The translations under genes were made by a program, and so were the position numbers. Shown here piece by piece: positions 15,001 to 27,868 of a stretch of 64,000 nt of DNA. How positions within the stretch are numbered: the first letter of the stretch is position 1; every line of letters begins with the position of its first letter. This DNA is from Eledone cirrhosa (Eukaryota), in assembly GCA_964016885.1 (NCBI GenBank), contig OZ024742.1:9610001-9674000 (forward strand), read 5' to 3'. The notes below the pieces were generated by a model, which saw nothing but the letters and a program-made list of their open reading frames with translations, did no database searches and was not told where the DNA came from.

Positions 15001-18000
15001 ACATCTTATCTGTTATATGAATAAGGTAAACGAAGGAGTTATGTTATATCTTATCTGTTATATGAATGAGGTAAATGAAGGAGTTATGTTATCTCTTATC
15101 TGTTATATGCATGATGTAAATGAAGGATTTTTTCATATCTGATCTGTTATATGAATGATGTAAATGAAGGAGTTATGATAAATCTATTATATGAATGAGG
15201 TAAATGAAGGAGTTATGTTATATCTTATCTGTTATATGAATGAGGTAAATGACGGAGTTATGTTATACCTTATCTGTTATATGAATGAGGTAAATGAAGG
15301 AGTTATGTTTTATCTTATCTGTTATATGAATGAGGTAAATGACGGAGTTATTTCATATCTTATCTTTTTTATGAATGAGGTAAATGAAGGAGTTATTTCA
15401 TATCTTATCTGTTATATGAATGAGGTAAATAAAGGAGTTATGTTATATCTTATCTATTATATGAATGAGGTAAATGAAGGATTTTTTCATATCTTATCTG
15501 TTATATGCATGATGTAAATGGAGGATTTTTTCATATCTTATCTTTTATATGAATGATGTAAATGAAGGAGTTATGATAAATCTGTTATATGAATGTGGTA
15601 AATGAAGGAGTTATTTTATATATTATCTGTTATATGAACGAGGTAAATGAAGGAGTTATTTCATATCTTATCTGTTTTATGAATGAGGTAAATGAAGGAG
15701 TTATGTTATATTTTATTTGTTATGTGAATGAGGTAAACGAAAGAGTTATGTTATATCTTATCTGTTATACGAATGAGGTAAATGAAGGAGTTATGTTATA
15801 TCTTATATGTTATATGAATGAGGGAAATGAAGGAGTTATGTTATATCTTATCTGTTATATGAATGAGGTAAATGAAGGGGTTATGTTATATCTGTTATAT
15901 GAATGAGGTAAATGAAGGAGTTATTTCATATCGTATCTGTTATATAAATGAGGCAAATGAAGGAGTTATTTCATATCTTATCTCTTATATGAATGAGGTA
16001 AATGAAGGGGTTATGTTATATCTTATCTGTTATATGAATGATGTAAATGAAGGAGTTATGTTATATCTTATCTGTTGTATGAATGAGGTAAATGAAGGAG
16101 TTATTTCATATCTTATCTGTTATATGAATGAGGTAAATGAAAGAATTATGTCATATCTTATCTGTTATATGAATGAGGTAAATGAAGGAGTTATTTCATA
16201 TCTTATCTGTTATATGAATGTGCTAAATGAAGGAGTTATTTTATATCTTATTTGTTATATGAATGAGGTAAATGAAGGAGTTATGTTATATCTTATATGT
16301 TATATGAATGAGGTAAATGAAGGAGTTATGTTATATCTTATCTGTTATATGAATGAGGTAAATGAAGGAGTTATGTTATATCTTATCTGTTCTATGAATG
16401 TGGTAAATGAAGGAGTTATTTTATATTTTATTTGTTATATGAATGAGGTAAATGAAGGAGTTATGTTATATCTTATATGTTATATGAATGAGGTAAATGA
16501 AGGAGGTATGTTATATCTTATCTGTTATATGAATGAGGTAAATGAAGGTGTTATGTTATATCTTATCTGTTCTATGAATGAGGTAAATGAAGGATTTTTT
16601 CATATCTTATCTGTTATATGCATGATGTAAATGGAGGATTTTTTCATATCTTATCTTTTATATGAATGATGTAAATGAAGGAGTTATGATAAATCTGTTA
16701 TATGAATGTGGTAAATGAAGGAGTTATTTTATATATTATCTGTTATATGAACGAGGTAAATGAAGGAGTTATGTTATATCTTATCTGTTATATGAATGAG
16801 GTAAATGACGGAGTTATGTTATACCTTATCTGTTATATGAATGATGTAAATGACGGAGTTATTTCATATCTGATCTTTTTTATGAATGAGGTAAATGAAG
16901 GAGTTATGTTATATCTTATATGTTATATGAATGAGGGAAATGAAGGAGTTATGTTATATCTTATCTGTTAAATGAATGAGGTAAATAAAGGAGTTATGTT
17001 AGATCGTTTATATGAATGAGGTAAATGAAGGAGATATTTCATATCGTATCTGTTATATGAATGCGGCAAATGAAGGAGTTATTTCATATCTTATCTGTTA
17101 TATGAATGAGGTAAATGAAGGAGTTATGTTATATCTTATCTGTTATATGAATGAGGTAAATGAAGGAGTTATTTCATATCTTACCTGTTATATGAATGAG
17201 GTAAATAGAGGAGTTATGTTATATCTTATCTGTTATATGAATGAGGTAAATGAAGGAGTTATGTTATATCTTATCTGTTATATGAATGAGGTAAATGAAG
17301 GAGTTATGTTTTATCTTATCTGTTATATGAATGATGTAAATGACGGAGTTATTTCATATCTCATCTTTTTTATGAATGAGGTAAATGAAGGAATTATGTT
17401 ATATCTTATCTGTTATATGAATGAGGTAAATGAAGGAGTTATTTCATATCTTATCTGTTTTATGAATGAGGTAAATGAAGGAATTATGTTATATTTTATC
17501 TGTTATGTGAATGAGGTAAATGAAAGAGTTATGTTATATCTTATCTGTTATATGAATGAGGTAAATGAAGGAGTTATGTTATATCTTACATGTTATATGA
17601 ATGATGGAAATGAAGGAGTTATGTTACATCTTATCTGTTATATGAATAAGGTTAATGAAGGAGTTACGTTATATCTTATCTGTTATATGAATGAGGTAAA
17701 TGAATGAGTTATGTTATCTCTTATCTGATATATGAATGAGGTAAATGAAGGATTTATCTTATATCTGTTATATGACTGAGGTAAATGAAGGAGTTATTTC
17801 ATATCTTATCTGTCATATGAATGAGGTAAATAAAGGAGTTATGTTATATCTTATCTGTTATATGAATGAGGTAAATGAAGGATTTGTTCATATCTTATCT
17901 GTTATATGAATGATGTAAATGAAGGAATTATGATAAATCTGTTCAATGAATGAGGTAAATGAAGGAGTTATTTTATATCTTATCTGTTATATGAATGAAA

Positions 18001-21000
18001 TAATTGAAGGAGTTATTTTATATCTTATCTATTATATGAATGAGGTAAATGAAGGAGTTATGTTATATTTGTCATGAATGAGGCAAATGAAGGAGTTATT
18101 TCATATCTTATATGTTATATGAATGAGGTAAATGAAGTAGTTATTTTATATATTATATGTTGTATGAATAAGGTAAATGAAGGAGATATTTTATATATTA
18201 TCTGTTATATGAATGAGGTAAATGAAGGATTTATGTTATATCTTATATGTTATATGAATGAGGTAAATGAAGGAGTTATGTTATATCTTATCTGTTATAG
18301 GAATGAGATAAATTAAGGAGTTATGTTATATCTTATCTGTTCTATGAATGCGGTAAATGAAGGAGTTATGTTACATCTTATCTGTTATATGAATAAGGTA
18401 AACGAAGGAGTTATGTTATATCTTATCTGTTATATGAATGAGGTAAATGAAGGAGTTATGTTATCTCTTATCTGTTATATGCATGATGTAAATGAAGGAT
18501 TTTTTCATATCTGATCTGTTATATGAATGATGTAAATGAAGGAGTTATGATAAATCTATTATATGAATGAGGTAAATGAAGGAGTTATGTTATATCTTAT
18601 CTGTTATATGAATGAGGTAAATGACGGAGTTATGTTATACCTTATCTGTTATATGAATGAGGTAAATGAAGGAGTTATGTTTTATCTTATCTGTTATATG
18701 AATGAGGTAAATGACGGAGTTATTTCATATCTTATCTTTTTTATGAATGAGGTAAATGAAGGAGTTATTTTATATTTGTTATATGAATGAGGTAAATGAA
18801 GGAGTTATTTCATATCTTATCTGTTATATGAATGAGGTAAATAAAGGAGTTATGTTATATCTTATCTATTATATGAATGAGGTAAATGAAGGATTTTTTC
18901 ATATCTTATCTGTTATATGCATGATGTAAATGGAGGATTTTTTCATATCTTATCTTTTATATGAATGATGTAAATGAAGGAGTTATGATAAATCTGTTAT
19001 ATGAATGTGGTAAATGAAGGAGTTATTTTATATATTATCTGTTATATGAACGAGGTAAATGAAGGAGTTATTTCATATCTTATCTGTTTTATGAATGAGG
19101 TAAATGAAGGAGTTATGTTATATTTTATTTGTTATGTGAATGAGGTAAACGAAAGAGTTATGTTATATCTTATCTGTTATACGAATGAGGTAAATGAAGG
19201 AGTTATGTTATATCTTATATGTTATATGAATGAGGGAAATGAAGGAGTTATGTTATATCTTATCTGTTATATGAATGAGGTAAATGAAGGGGTTATGTTA
19301 TATCTGTTATATGAATGAGGTAAATGAAGGAGTTATTTCATATCGTATCTGTTATATAAATGAGGCAAATGAAGGAGTTATTTCATATCTTATCTCTTAT
19401 ATGAATGAGGTAAATGAAGGGGTTATGTTATATCTTATCTGTTATATGAATGATGTAAATGAAGGAGTTATGTTATATCTTATCTGTTGTATGAATGAGG
19501 TAAATGAAGGAGTTATTTCATATCTTATCTGTTATATGAATGAGGTAAATGAAGGAGTTATGTCATATCTTATCTGTTATATGAATGAGGTAAATGAAGG
19601 AGTTATTTCATATCTTATCTGTTATATGAATGTGCTAAATGAAGGAGTTATTTTATATCTTATTTGTTATATGAATGAGGTAAATGAAGGAGTTATGTTA
19701 TATCTTATATGTTATATGAATGAGGTAAATGAAGGAGTTATGTTATATCTTATCTGTTATATGAATGAGGTAAATGAAGGAGTTATGTTATATCTTATCT
19801 GTTCTATGAATGTGGTAAATGAAGGAGTTATTTTATATTTTATTTGTTATATGAATGAGGTAAATGAAGGAGTTATGTTATATCTTATATGTTATATGAA
19901 TGAGGTAAATGAAGGAGGTATGTTATATCTTATCTGTTATATGAATGAGGTAAATGAAGGTGTTATGTTATATCTTATCTGTTCTATGAATGAGGTAAAT
20001 GAAGGAGTTATGTTACATCTTATCTGTTATATGAATAAGGTAAATGAAGGAGTTATGTTATATCTTATCTGTTACATGAATGAGGTAAATAAAGGAGTTA
20101 TGTTATATCTTATCTATTATATGAATGAGGTAAATGAAGGATTTTTTCATATCTTATCTGTTATATGCATGATGTAAATGGAGGATTTTTTCATATCTTA
20201 TCTTTTATATGAATGATGTAAATGAAGGAGTTATGATAAATCTGTTATATGAATGTGGTAAATGAAGGAGTTATTTTATATATTATCTGTTATATGAACG
20301 AGGTAAATGAAGGAGTTATTTCATATCTTATCTGTTTTATGAATGAGGTAAATGAAGGAGTTATGTTATATTTTATTTGTTATGTGAATGAGGTAAATGA
20401 AAGAGTTATGCTATATCTTATCTGTTATACGAATGAGGTAAATGAAGGAGTTATGTTATATCTTATATGTTATATGAATGAGGGAAATGAAGGAGTTATG
20501 TTATATCTTATCTGTTATATGAATGAGGTAAATGAAGGGGTTATGTTATATCTGTTATATGAATGAGGTAAATGAAGGAGTTATTTCATATCGTATCTGT
20601 TATATAAATGAGGCAAATGAAGGAGTTATTTCATATCTTATCTGTTATATGAATGAGGTATATGAAGGGGTTATTTTATATCTTATCTGTTATATGAATG
20701 ATGTAAATGAAGGAATTATGTTATATCTTATCTGTTATATGAATGAGGTAAATGAAGGAGTTATTTCATATCTTATCTGTTATATGAATGAGGTAAATGA
20801 AGGAGTTATGTCATATCTTATCTATTATATGAATGAGGTAAATGAAGGAGTTATTTCATATCTTATCTGTTATATGAATGTGCTAAATGAAGGAGTTATT
20901 TTATATCTTATTTGTTATATGAATGAGGTAAATGAAGGAGTTATGTTATATCTTATATGTTATATGAATGAGGTAAATGAAGGAGTTATGTTATATCTTA

Positions 21001-22548
21001 TCTGTTATATGAATGAGGTAAATGAAGGAGTTATGTTATATCTTATCTGTTCTATGAATGTGGTAAATGAAGGAGTTATTTTATATTTTATTTGTTATAT
21101 GAATGAGGTAAATGAAGGAGTTATGTCATATCTTATCTGTTATATGAATGAGGTAAATGAAGGAGTTATTTCATATCTTATCTGTTATATGAATATGCTA
21201 AATGAAGGAGTTATTTTATATCTTTTTTGTTATATGAATGAGGTAAATGAAGGAGTTATGTTATATCTTATATGTTATATGAATGAGGTAAATGAAGGAG
21301 TTATGTTATATCTTATCTGTTATATGAATGAGGTAAATGAAGGAGTTATGTTATATCTTATCTGTTCTATGAATGTGGTAAATGAAGGAGTTATTTTATA
21401 ATTTATTTGTTATATGAATGAGGTAAATGAAGGAGTTATGTAATATCTTATATGTTATATGAATGAGGTAAATGAAGGAGGTATGTTATATCTTATCTGT
21501 TATATGAATGAGGTAAATGAAGGTGTTATGTTATATCTTATCTGTTATATGAATGAGGTAAATGAAGGAGTTATGTTACATCTTATCTGTTATATGAATA
21601 AGGTAAATGAAGGAGTTATGTTATATCTTATCTGTTACATGAATGAGGTAAATGAAGGATTTATGTTATGTCTGTTATATGACTGAGGTAAATGAAGGAG
21701 TTATTTCATATCTTATCTGTTATATGAATGAGGTAAATAAAGGAGTTATGTTATATCTTATCTGTTATATGAATGATGTAAATGAAGGATTTTTCATATC
21801 TTATCTGTTATATGCATGATGTAAATGAAGGATTTTTTCATATCTTATCTGTTATATGAATGATGTAAATGAAGGAGTTATGATAAATCAGTTATATGAA
21901 TGAGGTAAATGAAGGAGTTATTTTATATCTTATCTGTTATATGATTGAAATAAATGAAGGAGTTATTTTATATCTTATCTATTATATGAATGAGGTAAAT
22001 GAAGGAGTTATTTCATATCTTATCTGTTATATGAATGAGGTAAATGAAGGCATTATGTTATATGTGTCATGAATGAGGCAAATGAAGGAGTTATTCATAT
22101 CTTATATGTTATATGAATGTGGGAAATGAAGGAGTTATGTTATATCTTATCTGTTATATGAATGAGGTAAATGAAGCAGTTATGTTATATCTTATCTGTT
22201 ATATGAATGAGGTAAATGAAGTAGTTATATCTTATCTGTTATATGAATGAGGTAAATGAAGTAGTTATATCTTATCTGTTATATGAATGAGGTAAATGAA
22301 GGAGTTATGTTATATTTTATCTGTTATATGAATGAGGTAAATGGCGGAGTTATGTTATATCTTACCTGTTATATGAATGAGGTAAATGAAGGAGTTATGT
22401 TATATCTGTTATATGAATGAGGTAAATGAAGGAGTTATGTTATATCTTATCTGTTATATGAATGAGGTGAATGAAGGAGTTATGTTATATCTTATCTGTT
22501 ATATGAATGAGGTAATTGAAGGAGTTATATTATATGTTATCTGTTATA
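1..22548. repeat. 45-bp tandem satellite (consensus ATGAATGAGGTAAATGAAGGAGTTATGTTATATCTTATCTGTTAT) with 40-bp variants and higher-order repeats; runs off the left edge
   Basis: Continuous monomers are visible directly. The ORF track repeats a 15-aa unit (MNEVNEGVMLYLICY) that shifts frame at each 40-bp monomer. Confidence 0.98.
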
Positions 22549-22607
22549 TCAATATCAATACCATGAAAAATGTGTTATGAGACGAAATGTATAATATAAA
22601 AAGAGTC

Positions 22608-22785
22608 AACGATGATGATGATAATGATGAAGAGGAAGAATGGGGAGGACGAGTGAGGTCATGAAGACGATGGTGATGCTGATGATGATGATGGTGGTGA
22701 CGATGATGATTATCATTATCATCATCATCACGATGGATGCAGCGATAACGATACCGATGACGCTAGTAATTATAATAATAATAAT
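22608..22785. repeat. Degenerate (GAT)n/(AAT)n microsatellite
   Basis: Imperfect trinucleotide runs. Confidence 0.85.
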
Positions 22786-22900
22786 TCTATCAGTATTGTT
22801 CCGAAGTTCTACTATTGAGGCCGTAGAGAAGCTATTACGTATGAGGTTACAGAAACTGGCAAGATATACAGGTACACCTGACCACACTGACACACACATA

Positions 22901-22950
<50 letters not shown>

Positions 22951-22959
22951 TAAATATAT

Positions 22960-23252
22960 ATACAGACTAAATAAAGATGGCGTAGGCATACGATACAACA
23001 GGAGGAAACATAATAGCACCACTGACGATGTTGCAGATGTGCAACGAAAGAACTTTGTTAGACTATATATATGTGTTTGCGCCTATATTGTATCTGTATT
23101 TTTGACCGTTGGTCAGTCAATGGTAACATTGAGGACCGAATAAATTAAAGTAACCGATATAAAAGACATAGAAGCGAAAACCAACCAAACAGTGAGTGTG
23201 TTCTGTTATTAATTCTGGCAATATTATTATACACAAATATGACCCTCCCCAA

Positions 23253-23256
<4 letters not shown>
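22960..23256 (+). mobile_element. Solo pLTR/3' end of Neptune-like PLE family A
   Basis: Matches 63780-64000 and the reverse complement of 36722-37010. Ends in the ORF start ATGACCCTCCCCAAGTAT, followed by (TA)n. Confidence 0.9.
23017..23060 (+). ncRNA. Minimal type I hammerhead ribozyme motif (PLE family A)
   Basis: CTGACGA, stem II GTTGCA/TGCAAC, GAAA, then GAACTT; stem I is weak. Confidence 0.65.
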
Positions 23257-23296
<40 letters not shown>

Positions 23297-23299
<3 letters not shown>

Positions 23300-23620
23300 C
23301 GTTAACAAGTTATTGTTTTAGGTAATCTAGTTAGAGGTTGTGAGTACTCTGTACTATGGATAGTTTTAACGCACAGCGTTGTTTGATTCAATAAGTGGTT
23401 TCCTTAGTTAGGTAGCGAGTTTGCGAGAATTCCATGCAGGTTATTCTTAAATACAGTGTGTCTCTGAACAAATCATCGGAATATGACGATTTGATCAGAG
23501 ACACACACTGTATTTAAGGTCGAGTGTCGCAATTTCGGGTGATTAGCGGCCTTTAGATTCACCTGATCAATGAAACAAATGTTAATACTATAAATAACAC
23601 CCTTTTTGTACAGCCGACCA
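23297..23620. mobile_element. Fold-back repeat fragment between (TA)n tracts, probable pLTR remnant
   Basis: Hairpin 23446-23518 (cttaaatacagtgtgtctctg.../...cagagacacacactgtatttaag); each arm has a decayed HHR-like core. Confidence 0.5.
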
Positions 23621-23645
23621 TGTTATTCTTCACTCTTTCACTATA

Positions 23646-23724
<79 letters not shown>

Positions 23725-23727
23725 ATT

Positions 23728-23774
<47 letters not shown>

Positions 23775-23877
23775 CAAGATTTATAAGTGGAGATATCTAG
23801 TTAGGTTTTATTTAACAAGATGATGGGAAGTTCAATGTGTAGTTATGATTAGTATGGCCTTCTTAAATTACACCCCC

Positions 23878-23925
<48 letters not shown>

Positions 23926-25278
23926 AATTTCGGTGGAATTTGGGAGTTGAATTCCTCGACAGGTCATTATATTTCTTGTCTTTATACAATCCTCCATTAT
24001 TGGTTGCTATCACTGGCAAGCGGGGAAACCCCGTGGACGTAATATTCATGTATAGATGTATGACATCATTTTGTTTCTTTACCCCGTAACGCCGTCAGTA
24101 GTCTAGTTAAATTTGTCTGAATGTATCGCTACATGGCGGTAATATTCCAGCACGATGAGAATACATCTAACGTAGATTATTTCCGAATGTTTCTTCGTTA
24201 ATTTTATTAATGTAAGTCAGAGAATTACATCATGTAAAGAAGTGTTTTTCTTATTTCTTTATAGATAATTCATTTCGATTTATTTTCCCTCGGAAACAGT
24301 AATCAAATTTAGTTGAATTTTATTTTAAATATTAAATTCTGAATTCACACATATAACAGCGAATTGGCAGATTCGATAAAAAAAAGTATCCGTCTATTAC
24401 TGGTGTCGACTCTTTCTCAATATCGCCTTCTCACTTTGTTCCTGTTACTTTCTCTCCTTCTTTAGAAGAAATCAAGTGTGTTAAGATCTAAAGCAGGTCG
24501 GGTTCCTCTAGAGGCGAGAGGCCAAAGAAACGCTGTACGTCACTACGGCGCCATTACATATTGGTTCAAAAGAAAGTATTTTAAAGAAAGTTTTCAATTG
24601 CCTATTGTTTTAAACACCCTGCCTCTATACAATGAAGGGCTGCAACAGTACCAATATAATCTACAAGACAATTCCTATGAATTAATCAATTATTTAAGGG
24701 TTTAGAAAATAGATGAGAATATGTTTGCCTATGCGTAGGTGCTAAATACTTCCCAATGAACCATCTTAACAATTAAAATAGGAGATTGCAGCATCGTGTT
24801 TTCTTTATCTTTGCTGGCACTGGCAGCAAGACAGAAATATCTCAGAGAACGTAGAATTTCTAACTATCAAATAAAACTGACAATCAGTGAAGGAGAAACT
24901 CCATTGAAACAGTCATGTACCAAGCTAATCCTAATAAATCTTAAAGAGAAACAAGAATTATTCCTGCTCGACTGAGATGCTTTAATTCTCTGCTAAATCA
25001 GAATGGATTCATGACTTTGGTGACTAAAGCCAAGTAAAGTTCCAGCATCCATTGTAATTGATGTCACGTATTCTTCCTCAATGGAACTCAATAATTGAAG
25101 TGTTGGTAGAAGGAAATCCAAGAAGATATATAATAATGTTATTGCTTCACAAATTCCTTGCACAAAGCTTAATTAACAATGGTCATTACAAACTGCAAAC
25201 AATGCTATTAGTATTTCAGTACGCAGCCTTCTCTTTTTACCCTCTTTAAAATTTGTAATAGCAATGTATATATATGAA

Positions 25279-25329
<51 letters not shown>

Positions 25330-25473
25330 ACAGGGAGAAAGAGACGATTATTAGGAAGACACATTTTCTTTTTTACTTTTTTGTTTCTCTCTCTCTTTTT
25401 TCAGGGTTAGAAAATGATACACACACACATACACACACACACACACATATATACATATATATATATATGTGTT

Positions 25474-25617
<144 letters not shown>

Positions 25618-26093
25618 AATATATATATATATGTATGAAGGTGTATATTCGCATACACGTATATAAATCAAGAAAGTAAGCCTATTTATACATACATAGA
25701 TATATATATATATAGAGAGAGATAGTGAGAGAGAGAGGGGAGAGAGAGGAGAGAGAGATATATATGGGATAAGAGAATGTAACCGAACAAAGGTCTTACT
25801 GGATTAAACTGGTAACACACAATCTCTCCCCCCACCCCACTCTCGTTCGTCTATATATATGTGTGTATGTCTGTCTGTCTGTCTGTCTGTCTGTCTGCCT
25901 GTCTGTCTGTCTGTCTGAGGATAGTAGACGTCTTTCATCTCGGCTCTGCGATTTTGAATTTTTACCTGGAATATTTGTGAGTGAATTATTTGAATTGTTT
26001 TTTATTATTAAATTCTAACCCCTAGTCTGGGACTGTAGACGTAGGGTAAATATATTTTCACCCCTTTTGGGGTGAAAAATATTTAATTCAGAA

Positions 26094-27845
26094 ATGTTTA
26101 TTGATATCGTCGAAAACGATATCGCCATATTGGAAGCGAACGCCACGCCTACCAAAAAAATAAGCGGGAAAGAGGGAACAACAGTTCAAACTGTTGAACA
26201 GCCCCTCCTCTCCAATGAAAAAAAAAAGAATATTAATTCAAATGAAAAACTTAATTTTGAAGGAAAAAATAACACCACAAATAATGAAACCAACAATATT
26301 ACAACAACAAACAAAGACAACAAAATTTCTTTTGCCCAAACACTCAGGAAAGCTACGGAATACAAGCCCATAGACATCACGAACGCTAAGCAAAATTTGC
26401 TAGAGGCTAGAAAATACGTATCTTTTGGGGAGGATGTTTCTTTTACGATCAACTCCCCAGAAGAAGTGCGTCAACAAGTATATAGGAATACCGTAACCTA
26501 CAGGACTATAACCAACGCAACAAGAAAGCCAGCGCAATTGACAGAAAGTCAAATTGAGCTGGTTCTGAAAGACATTAAAAAGGACATACTCTTTATTCAA
26601 AGAGGAAAGCTGTATGCCATCATTATGGTGCGAATGAAGGGCGAAATGCTGGCGCAAAAATATTCGGTGGCACCTATAGTGTCACCACAATACACCTTCT
26701 TCCCCACATATAAAGGAAGAAGAACACAAAGAATAAGAATGTGGAGCCCAACGCCAGAAATTAACATCTGGTCCGTCCTAACAGGATTTACGGACCTTGA
26801 AAAGGATATACTTATTTCAGCAGGGGAGTCCACCAGTGGACTGTTCGGGGGGAAAAGTCTGAAGGGTCTCTTACAGAGGACATCTGAGAGAATCTCCGGG
26901 TTACCCGACCGAGTCCTACTGGATGGGCGAAACTTAATAAATATCACAGTGGAAGGCAGGAGACCCTCATGTTACCACTGCGCTGGCAGAGGTCACCCGA
27001 GGACGGCCTGCCCTCTACTAACAACAAAAAAAACACTGCTACAAATACCACAACAACAACAAAAACAACCAGCACCACCATCACAAAAACAACAAAATAC
27101 ACTACCATCTCCACCAGAACAACAAAAACCAACAACACCACCACCACCACCACCACAACAGCAACAACAACATCAACAACAGCTCAAGAAAACAACCCAA
27201 AACACGGTACCACCCAGCCCCACCCCACAGAACACAAATACAAAAACAGTTCATACACAACCCGGAGATATACCCCTCCCCTCCAATACGGAAGAGGAGC
27301 TCATATCGTCGGAAGACGAGGGGGCTCCCTTCCAAAAAGTGAAAAGAAAAAAACGTACACACACCACACAAACAAAAATAACCCCACCTGACAACACAAC
27401 ACAGACAATAAAACGCAAACTCACTCAACAACAACAAGCAAAAACAAACACAACAACACAAAAACTCTACACATACATAAACAAAAACAATGAAAACCTA
27501 ACTTTAAAAGTAGAAACCAACCCTTCGATACAAACCGAAGGGCCGAATTTCGTAACGGCAATGGGGCTCCCTAACCTGAAAATGGTGAAAATCCCACTTG
27601 ACATTTTCAAAACTTTAAAAGACATGTACCCTGAGGACGTGGGCCCACCCTGCACCAGGCCACTCAACCGCGTCCTCCTGAAAGGTTTTCCCCTCCCCTC
27701 CTCAAACACCCACACAACACCAAAGATCCCAACCCCTCCACACACTAATACCCCCACACCACCACAAACCACCACCCCACCCATCAACCCCTCCACCAGC
27801 CCCATGGAAACTGAGCGACCCGAACCCCGGGACGCAGAGAGGTAA
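26094..27845 (+). CDS. LINE ORF1 gag-like nucleic acid-binding protein, 583 aa
   Basis: Open frame; zinc knuckle CYHCAGRGHPRTAC; Pro/Gln/Thr-rich linker; basic KVKRKKR. Confidence 0.9.
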   Translation: MFIDIVENDIAILEANATPTKKISGKEGTTVQTVEQPLLSNEKKKNINSNEKLNFEGKNNTTNNETNNITTTNKDNKISFAQTLRKATEYKPIDITNAKQNLLEARKYVSFGEDVSFTINSPEEVRQQVYRNTVTYRTITNATRKPAQLTESQIELVLKDIKKDILFIQRGKLYAIIMVRMKGEMLAQKYSVAPIVSPQYTFFPTYKGRRTQRIRMWSPTPEINIWSVLTGFTDLEKDILISAGESTSGLFGGKSLKGLLQRTSERISGLPDRVLLDGRNLINITVEGRRPSCYHCAGRGHPRTACPLLTTKKTLLQIPQQQQKQPAPPSQKQQNTLPSPPEQQKPTTPPPPPPQQQQQHQQQLKKTTQNTVPPSPTPQNTNTKTVHTQPGDIPLPSNTEEELISSEDEGAPFQKVKRKKRTHTTQTKITPPDNTTQTIKRKLTQQQQAKTNTTTQKLYTYINKNNENLTLKVETNPSIQTEGPNFVTAMGLPNLKMVKIPLDIFKTLKDMYPEDVGPPCTRPLNRVLLKGFPLPSSNTHTTPKIPTPPHTNTPTPPQTTTPPINPSTSPMETERPEPRDAER

Positions 27846-27868
27846 GTGCCTCTTTCTTTGCCACCAAC

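Noticed and set aside
1-22548. CRISPR-like array
   Set aside because: No unique spacers (variable parts are point variants of one consensus), no cas genes, eukaryotic context
3-22580. Dozens of MNEVNEGVMLYLICY repeat ORFs
   Set aside because: A 45-bp unit is stop-free in one frame by chance; frames break at every 40-mer, with no sign of frame preservation
24080-24106. Helitron-like 3' end (CCCCGTAACGCCGTC..CTAGT)
   Set aside because: Hairpin pairs poorly and no 5' end is identifiable
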